Of a stretch of 48,103 nucleotides of DNA, positions 47,562 through 48,103 are shown one piece after another. Location of the stretch: assembly GCA_032718475.1 (NCBI GenBank), contig JAUCBJ010001003.1:1-48103 (forward strand), read 5' to 3'. The notes beneath the pieces were generated by a model. That model saw only the letters and a program-made list of their open reading frames with translations. It made no database searches and was not told where the DNA came from. Positions within the stretch are counted from its first letter, which is position 1. Each line of letters starts with the position of its first letter. The position numbers were made by a program, and so were the translations under genes. This DNA comes from Nemertoderma westbladi. Its lineage: Eukaryota; Animalia; Xenacoelomorpha.

Positions 47562-47942
47562 GGGTGACTACAAAACAAAGACCCAAATAATAAAGACCAG
47601 CATAATCGTGTAACATGTGTTAACTTTCGTTAATTGTTTTGGTTCCCCCAACACGCCTCTGTAAGCTACTCCTTTTACTAACCTTCTTCATTAAATGGCA
47701 ATGGCACCTAACGCTCTTTGGGACCTGTACAAAACAAAGGGGTAAAGTCGCAAAGTCTCAAAGAGCGTTAGGTCCAATTGCCATATAGCGTTAGGTCACA
47801 TTGCCATTTAAAGGAGCAGGTTAGTAAAGGAGCAGGTTGCAAGGGCGTGTTAGGGGAACCAAAACAATAAACTAAAGTTAACACATGTGTTTTGTACAGG
47901 TCTTTATTATTTGGGTCTTGGGTCTTTGTTTTGTAGTCACCC
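47562..47942. mobile_element. Foldback-type MITE with ~160-bp imperfect inverted arms
   Basis: GGGTGACTACAAAACAAAGACCC / GGGTCTTTGTTTTGTAGTCACCC termini; AATATAT in both flanks (47551-47557, 47943-47949). Confidence 0.82.
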
Positions 47943-48103
47943 AATATATTGGCCGTTTTATCCCACAAGGCCTACTGACAGGAAAACAAAGTGCTATGGT
48001 ATCTGGTCACTGTCACTTGGATAAAACACTTACTTATTGGATATCATATAATATTAATAACTACACTGTATATTAAGCACTGCGTAGTGTCGGGCCTACA
48101 TGA

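Overview
AT-rich, repeat-dense animal (invertebrate-like) nuclear DNA. It has three spliced host genes, all with very few introns: a type-1 (DysF) ferlin on + (6 exons, 2031 aa, one 4.7-kb exon), a transmembrane lysosomal acid phosphatase on - (ACP2-like, 3 coding exons, 463 aa), and WDR13 on + (2 exons, 471 aa). Between and inside them are RTE LINE fragments, a near-intact PHD-APE-RT LINE of the CR1/L2 group, a Ty1/copia remnant, tRNA-derived SINEs, several non-autonomous DNA transposons/MITEs, a 2.8-kb satellite and many locally born minisatellites. The most unusual signal is a set of more than 20 micro-insertion scars of the form [5-mer]-CAG/CTG-[same 5-mer], plus TA-flanked TAGGCCTA/TACCGGTA/TACAGTA scars. 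They cluster around the divergent ACP2/WDR13 5' ends and look like excision footprints of an unassigned cut-and-paste transposon. Also notable is a 26-bp array that amplifies a real splice donor about 19 times. All calls are by eye; no database searches were run.
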